Below are positions 58,624 through 64,000 of a stretch of DNA of 64,000 nucleotides, piece by piece; positions within the stretch are counted from its first letter, which is position 1; each line of letters begins with the position of its first letter. Made by a program: the position numbers and the translations under genes. The notes under the pieces were generated by a model. The model saw only the letters and a program-made list of their open reading frames with translations. It was not told where the DNA came from and did not search any database. The DNA is from a virus (taxonomy: Duplodnaviria > Heunggongvirae > Uroviricota > Caudoviricetes): IMG/VR virus record IMGVR_UViG_3300035515_000158; one strand, 5' to 3'.

Positions 58624-60780
58624 TTAAACAAATGCATAAGTAAATTCTGTAGAACTATCTTTTATATATTGTTCAGTTGGAGTAAATTTCTCACCTTCTT
58701 TCATACCCCACAAAGACTGTACATAAAGTCTTTGATACGAAGTAGATGAAATAGCACTATACTTGTTTGCATAAATTTCATATACATTTCTATAAGTGTA
58801 ATTATCACTTGATGGTGGTATTAATTGAATACATCCTGTTTTAAATGATTGACGCATGTATGTAGAATATATATATCTATATCCCCCAAATAAACCAGAA
58901 TGTACTGTAATATTAGTTATAGCATACATCGGTTTTGATGAATTAACAGAATTTTGATAATTACCCAATCCAGTATAGTATATATTATCTTCAAATTTAC
59001 AAAAAGTGATATTACTTCCTTCTAAAAGACTACTTTTTAAAGATGTCCATGTAGTATATTTAGTTATTGTTCCATCATCATCTATATCATTATCAATAAA
59101 TCCTAACCAATTATATCCACAGTTCTTTCCAAACGTGTTAGAGTAGCAATATTGCCCAAACGTGTTATAGTCGCAATCTTGCCCAAACGTGTTAAAGTAG
59201 CAATATTGCCCAAACGTGTTAGAGTAGCATTTTTGTCCAAACGTGTTAGAGTAGCAATATTGCCCAAACGTGTTAGAGTTGCAATATTGCCCAAACGTGT
59301 TAGAGTAGCAATATTGCCCAAACGTGTTAAAGTAGCATTTTTGTCCAAACGTGTTAGAGTTGCATTTTTGTCCAAACGTGTTAGAGTAGCAATATTGCCC
59401 AAACGTGTTATAGTCGCAATCTTGCCCAAACGTGTTAGAGTTGCAATATTGCCCAAACGTGTTAGAGTAGCAATATTGCCCAAACGTGTTAGAGTAGCAT
59501 TTTTGTCCAAACGTGTTAGAGTAGCAATATTGCCCAAACGTGTTAGAGTTGCAATATTGCCCAAACGTGTTAGAGTAGCAATAATTACCTAATGTCATTC
59601 CATAACAATCTTCTTCTATCACATTATCATGTACACTATATAAAAATCCTAAAAACGTTTCGGGTGAAGTATCTTCATTAGTGTCATCTTGTGCATATGC
59701 GATACCCGTAGCCTCACTATATCTATTGTCATATTTAGTAAATACAATATTATTTAATTTTAAAACATTGTATACAACATCATCATCATAACATACAAGA
59801 ACATGATATGGTTTTATAATATTATTATATGGGCAAGACGTTTCATACTCACCATATGCACCATATGAGGTACCATATATTTTATCCTCATATATATGGT
59901 TCATATTTTGTGATATTTGTCTTTCATATAAAGATGCATCCGAAAACATAAAATCTGAATCAGTAAAACAATTATTAAATGTGTAACAATAAGTCCACAT
60001 TGATGTATCATATTTAAATATATAATTGTTTTTATGTGCAAAAAAAGGATATCTACCGGGTGAACAATTTGTAATAAACTTGGGCCACTCATCATCTATT
60101 TCATAACTTAATGTGTTACTACCATATATGTCATCACAAAACATATCAGTAGGTAATAATATTTTTTCAGTAGGTTTAGTATAATTACAACCAGTTACTT
60201 TATATCGTTTAAATAATATATTTTTAAAATCATATGGTGCCTCATTACCAAATTCATCTTTCATGTAATAAATAACACCTTTACCAGCACTATCTGCCCA
60301 GTAAAATCTGTTGGTGTCATTATCTAAGCAATATTTTAATTCCCAAGCTTCTAATTTTGAATTATTAAAATAATCTACACCAACATTATACACTGTATAT
60401 ATTTTAGGTTCATAATTATAATATCTTGTATTAAATTTATTTGTGGGTGTCGAGTTATAAATCACCCCGGACATATAATGTGATTGTATTGCTTTTGCGT
60501 CTTCTGAAATCGTGTTTCTTGATAATGCCGTTACAATTATATCAAATTTATGACCTGCTGAAGCCGTTTCTTCCTGAGAAGTTGTTGTTACATAATCAAT
60601 TATACGATATTGTTTACCGGGTGTTAGTTTACTACTATCTCTTAAATCAACCAGATCATTATATAAAATTTCTCGAATACGCTCTTCTTTATATTTACAA
60701 TTATCTAAATCAAAATATTGTTGGGCAACACTTACTAATGTATTACTTCCATCAATTATTGTTAATGTTGGATTAGCCAT
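58624..60780 (-). CDS. late protein with 9-aa beta-helix-type repeats, probable fibre/receptor-binding protein
   Basis: 17 x (Y/K/D)C(Y/N/D)(S/F/Y)NTFGQ; LTPGKQYRIIDY N-terminal motif; late-like motif CATAAATT at 60789. Confidence 0.65.
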   Translation of the reverse strand: MANPTLTIIDGSNTLVSVAQQYFDLDNCKYKEERIREILYNDLVDLRDSSKLTPGKQYRIIDYVTTTSQEETASAGHKFDIIVTALSRNTISEDAKAIQSHYMSGVIYNSTPTNKFNTRYYNYEPKIYTVYNVGVDYFNNSKLEAWELKYCLDNDTNRFYWADSAGKGVIYYMKDEFGNEAPYDFKNILFKRYKVTGCNYTKPTEKILLPTDMFCDDIYGSNTLSYEIDDEWPKFITNCSPGRYPFFAHKNNYIFKYDTSMWTYCYTFNNCFTDSDFMFSDASLYERQISQNMNHIYEDKIYGTSYGAYGEYETSCPYNNIIKPYHVLVCYDDDVVYNVLKLNNIVFTKYDNRYSEATGIAYAQDDTNEDTSPETFLGFLYSVHDNVIEEDCYGMTLGNYCYSNTFGQYCNSNTFGQYCYSNTFGQKCYSNTFGQYCYSNTFGQYCNSNTFGQDCDYNTFGQYCYSNTFGQKCNSNTFGQKCYFNTFGQYCYSNTFGQYCNSNTFGQYCYSNTFGQKCYSNTFGQYCYFNTFGQDCDYNTFGQYCYSNTFGKNCGYNWLGFIDNDIDDDGTITKYTTWTSLKSSLLEGSNITFCKFEDNIYYTGLGNYQNSVNSSKPMYAITNITVHSGLFGGYRYIYSTYMRQSFKTGCIQLIPPSSDNYTYRNVYEIYANKYSAISSTSYQRLYVQSLWGMKEGEKFTPTEQYIKDSSTEFTYAFV
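59129..59587. repeat. 27-bp coding tandem repeat, 17 units
   Basis: Consensus CCAAACGTGTTAGAGTAGCAATATTGC; no spacers. Confidence 0.95.
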
Positions 60781-60805
60781 AGGGAAATAATTTATGTTAT
60801 TATAT

Positions 60806-62383
60806 TTAATTATCAGTTTTTATAATAATTGGTGATAATTTATTGACTGTACCTAATTGGGTTTTATCAATTCCATATTGGTTTCCATTAACACCAATTA
60901 CACCACTAACATTCAAAACACCTGTATAAAAATTAGATGTATCTTCTGGTGGTACACAAAGTTCAATTAAACCTTTATTCACAAGAATTACTTCTAAAAT
61001 ACAAATACTTTTAATATTAATAGTTGAATCTGTGGATAATATAAATGTTTCACTTTCACAATTTTCAAAATCTAAGATGTATTGGTAAGTTCCATCTTCG
61101 ATATCTACTGATTGTATATTATCTTCATTAGTTAGGGTTATTACACCTTCTGATATTTCATTTTCATATAGATTAACTATTATTCTTAAATTAGTATCGA
61201 CTGAACCCAATTTAAGAGAAATATCACCATTTGTTATATTAATCCACCCATCATTTTGAAAATAAACTTGATTAACATTTGTGAAATCAGTTATATAATC
61301 ATTAAGTTCTATTTCAGTTTCTTCTTTTTCTTTTACTAATATATTATCTTCAGGATATTGTATAATGAAGTCATCTATTGTTGGTTCCAGTTCATTAGAT
61401 ATATTAACTGAATCCTCAACTAATATTTTATCATTGGTACAATTTGTGAGAAGTAACATTTCTCCATTAGTAAAAAGACTATCCTCTACGAAATATTCTC
61501 GTTTTGGATAGATATGTCCATCACTCCAACTAATGAAATTGTATGTATATTCAATACTTTCATCCTTTACATCACTTACAACATTTGGACAACATTCAAC
61601 AACAAAATGATAACCTTCTTTAACGGTTGCATAGTCATTGACCTTATCGGATAACATTGTAGTTTTTTCATCAAACGTAACTAAGAAATAAGAGTGACGG
61701 TTTTTGAAATTAATTTTTATATTATATTCATTTCTTACTCTATAAATGGCATATAAAGTAATATCACTGTCAATAGTTAATGTGATTTCTCTATCCTTTG
61801 ATGTATATAAATCATCTAAGTCATAATTATCACAATCATCAGAAATACTATCAAGAGACAACCAACCAACAAATATATGTGTTGGTGTATCATAAGCTCT
61901 CAAAGTTGTCACATCACCACCATAGAAATATCCTACTTTACCTGTTATAGATGGTTCGATTTCATTAAATTCAGTATCTCTGTATAGAACATCGAGTTTA
62001 TAAGTTTCACGATTATTGAATGAAATACAACCTTTATCTTTTATTTTCTCTGTTTGTAAAGAAGTTATATCATCTGGCCAAGTATAGGTTTTATAAGGAC
62101 AACCGAAGACACCGGATAGTTCTAAACTCAATCCTTCCAGTTTAGATAAATCCAGAGCATCTTGATTTTCGATATCAGACACATACATTTGAAAACATAC
62201 ATTCTGACCTCTTGTTATATTTTTCAGACATGGGACATATAATGAATAACCTTCTTGACAATATGAGGATGAAGAATCACATCCACTACCACCAAGGTTT
62301 AATATATTTTGAGTAATTGATACACCATTTACTGATGTTGTAGATGATGAATAATTACCATTTGTATATGTATATGTTGACAT
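60806..62383 (-). CDS. late structural protein with a possible InlB B-repeat-like domain
   Basis: HIFVGW...ITLTIDSDITLYAIY; late motif at 62410. Confidence 0.55.
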   Translation of the reverse strand: MSTYTYTNGNYSSSTTSVNGVSITQNILNLGGSGCDSSSSYCQEGYSLYVPCLKNITRGQNVCFQMYVSDIENQDALDLSKLEGLSLELSGVFGCPYKTYTWPDDITSLQTEKIKDKGCISFNNRETYKLDVLYRDTEFNEIEPSITGKVGYFYGGDVTTLRAYDTPTHIFVGWLSLDSISDDCDNYDLDDLYTSKDREITLTIDSDITLYAIYRVRNEYNIKINFKNRHSYFLVTFDEKTTMLSDKVNDYATVKEGYHFVVECCPNVVSDVKDESIEYTYNFISWSDGHIYPKREYFVEDSLFTNGEMLLLTNCTNDKILVEDSVNISNELEPTIDDFIIQYPEDNILVKEKEETEIELNDYITDFTNVNQVYFQNDGWINITNGDISLKLGSVDTNLRIIVNLYENEISEGVITLTNEDNIQSVDIEDGTYQYILDFENCESETFILSTDSTINIKSICILEVILVNKGLIELCVPPEDTSNFYTGVLNVSGVIGVNGNQYGIDKTQLGTVNKLSPIIIKTDN

Positions 62384-62409
62384 CTAAATAGTTATCTCTA
62401 AGTTTACTA

Positions 62410-62435
62410 TATTTATGAAAAAATTACCATAAATA
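62410..62435. promoter_or_regulatory. back-to-back late promoters
   Basis: TATTTATG-N10-CATAAATA. Confidence 0.75.
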
Positions 62436-62458
62436 AAATAGACAATAATAAAATTGAA

Positions 62459-63949
62459 ATGTCACATAACATATTAAATCGAGATAGTTTTATTAGTGAG
62501 GTATATACTCATAAAACTGATAATGAAATGAATGAAGGTCTTTTAGATTTTTTCAGAGCTATCACCAAAAATGAGTGGAGTAAAATTAAATCTAAGAACA
62601 CCAGTCTGAGAGATAGTCTTAAATCTATAGATGATGGTCTAAAAGGATTCTCATTAATGAAAATCAAAAATGCTTCTCAATGTGCCGAAGTTAGACAAAC
62701 GATTACAGACTTCGCGAACACTTTATTAGATTCCAAAATTAAGGAAATGGAAGAAGGTGCAAAACTTCAAAAATTGGTGATGGGATTAAAGGATAAAGAT
62801 AAGGTGTCAGATGAAGATAAGAAGGCTATCAAAAATGCGGGAGAGGTATCAAGTTATATGAAACAATATGACCTTAAAGATAAAGCTCTTGTTGATAAGT
62901 TAAAGACATATGAAAAACGTATTAATGAACTGAGTAGAGAAAATCCTAACCTATTAAAGTGGGCTAACATTATGAAAGATGAAGTTCGTAATCTTATCAA
63001 TGACTTTATTATATCTGAGTATGAAAAAAATGCTAAGGATAATGAGAAGGAAAAGAAAAGAATAGAAAGATTAAAGAAAGCTAACGACGAACAAAAGAAA
63101 CAAGAAGAAAAGGAAGCTCAGGAAAAGAATAAAAAAGAACAAGAATACCAAAAGAAGAAAATTAAACAAATCGAACAAGAACGAAGTAATTTATTAAAGT
63201 CTGTTGGTGTAAAACCTCTAACAAATCAAACTGGAGATAAGGCAATAACAACATTAAATACATCATTCGATAATTTAATTAAAGAATCATTATTATTAGA
63301 GAGAAAAAAATCTCATAAGTCTAAAAGTAAATCGACGACATCTGATGAAACTAAAGATGAATCAGTAATTAAACTTACAGATGCAATAAAAAAGAATTTA
63401 GAAGGTGATATATATTTTGGATTTAAAAATATGATGAAATCAATGGATACTAATGAAATCACAAAAGAACAAATTCAATATATTTTATCTGAATTAAATG
63501 TCGTATTTGATGTTGTAAAAGAATATACATCTAAATTTGAAGATACACCTTGTGATAGTGTTCATGCAATGTTTGTGGGATTAACGAAAGCTATCCAATA
63601 TGGTATCTGTGGAGATAAATATAAATTAGATAAAAATGATATAAATCTTTTAGCTAAGTGTGCTATTGATTCAGATAAGACAATAGGTTATGGTATCCCT
63701 CTATTGGATGACAAGAAACCTGATGGTGGAAATATCTTTACGGTTATAATGCAGGCACTAAAAGATGCACAAGATAAAAAGGGTGTATTTAAAAATAATA
63801 AAGACTTACGAAATCAATTTACAGATAACATGAGTACATTATTTGATCAGATATTTACAACTGCAAAGAAGTTAAAAGAACAACAAAAGAAACAAGATGA
63901 GGCCGACTCAAAGAAAGAGACGGATGAAGAAAATAAAAAGAATAAATAA
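62459..63949 (+). CDS. late Lys/Glu-rich coiled-coil protein, candidate internal head protein
   Basis: N-terminus LNRDSFISE...MNEGLLDFF; late promoter. Confidence 0.65.
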   Translation: MSHNILNRDSFISEVYTHKTDNEMNEGLLDFFRAITKNEWSKIKSKNTSLRDSLKSIDDGLKGFSLMKIKNASQCAEVRQTITDFANTLLDSKIKEMEEGAKLQKLVMGLKDKDKVSDEDKKAIKNAGEVSSYMKQYDLKDKALVDKLKTYEKRINELSRENPNLLKWANIMKDEVRNLINDFIISEYEKNAKDNEKEKKRIERLKKANDEQKKQEEKEAQEKNKKEQEYQKKKIKQIEQERSNLLKSVGVKPLTNQTGDKAITTLNTSFDNLIKESLLLERKKSHKSKSKSTTSDETKDESVIKLTDAIKKNLEGDIYFGFKNMMKSMDTNEITKEQIQYILSELNVVFDVVKEYTSKFEDTPCDSVHAMFVGLTKAIQYGICGDKYKLDKNDINLLAKCAIDSDKTIGYGIPLLDDKKPDGGNIFTVIMQALKDAQDKKGVFKNNKDLRNQFTDNMSTLFDQIFTTAKKLKEQQKKQDEADSKKETDEENKKNK

Positions 63950-63980
63950 AAAAAAGGTTGGATTAAATGTCCAACCTTTT
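63950..63980. terminator. intrinsic terminator
   Basis: AAAAGGTTGGA-loop-TCCAACCTTTT. Confidence 0.75.
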
Positions 63981-64000
63981 AATTTTTCATGGAATTGTTT

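Noticed and set aside
59129-59587. CRISPR array or DGR template/variable repeat
   Set aside because: Units are contiguous with no spacers, in frame within a CDS; no reverse transcriptase or non-coding template copy in the window; variation is not adenine-restricted on the coding strand
59103-59592. Alternative-frame ORFs (LGNIATLTR and KRVRVAILP repeats)
   Set aside because: Shadow frames produced by a stop-free 27-bp unit; no ATG start context or promoter
384-60776. Numerous short antisense ORFs in the ORF track (e.g. 384-638, 5032-5379, 24475-24915, 53047-53436)
   Set aside because: Fully overlap confidently assigned genes on the other strand or frame and have no motif support
1-64000. 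Genome-wide TAG-to-Gln recoding (code 15)
   Set aside because: All long genes, including a 3117-aa ORF, are intact under the standard code, and TAG at 53608 is followed by a terminator; only one interrupted gene has internal TAGs
1-64000. tRNA or rRNA genes
   Set aside because: No cloverleaf or T-loop (GTTCRA) context found by eye in the short intergenic gaps; tRNAscan-SE would be the decisive check

Overview
AT-rich, densely coded 64-kb segment of a large T4-like (myovirus-type) jumbo phage, most likely infecting a Bacteroidota host (three copies of a TTTG-N20-TAnnTTTG promoter). Standard genetic code; TAG stops are rare. It carries replication/recombination genes (gp44-like clamp loader, gp46/SbcC, two-subunit type II topoisomerase), dTTP supply (dCMP deaminase, dUTPase, ThyX), RNA repair (RNA ligase, kinase, phosphoesterase), a proteostasis set (ClpP, ClpC-like ATPase, DnaJ), terminase large subunit, neck and baseplate genes, giant structural ORFs, several DNA methyltransferases and free-standing endonucleases. 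Three promoter classes can be read from sequence. Best leads: (1) a 1.3-kb TnpB-only element with its own phage late promoter that interrupts a reconstructable 117-codon gene containing two in-frame TAGs; (2) a methyltransferase operon with an intein-containing split C5 MTase, two alternative C-terminal half-proteins, and a shared acidic-L(F/W) C-terminal tail on all four main products; (3) late-expressed orphans with T4 capsid-targeting-like N-termini. All family assignments come from motif recognition, not database searches.
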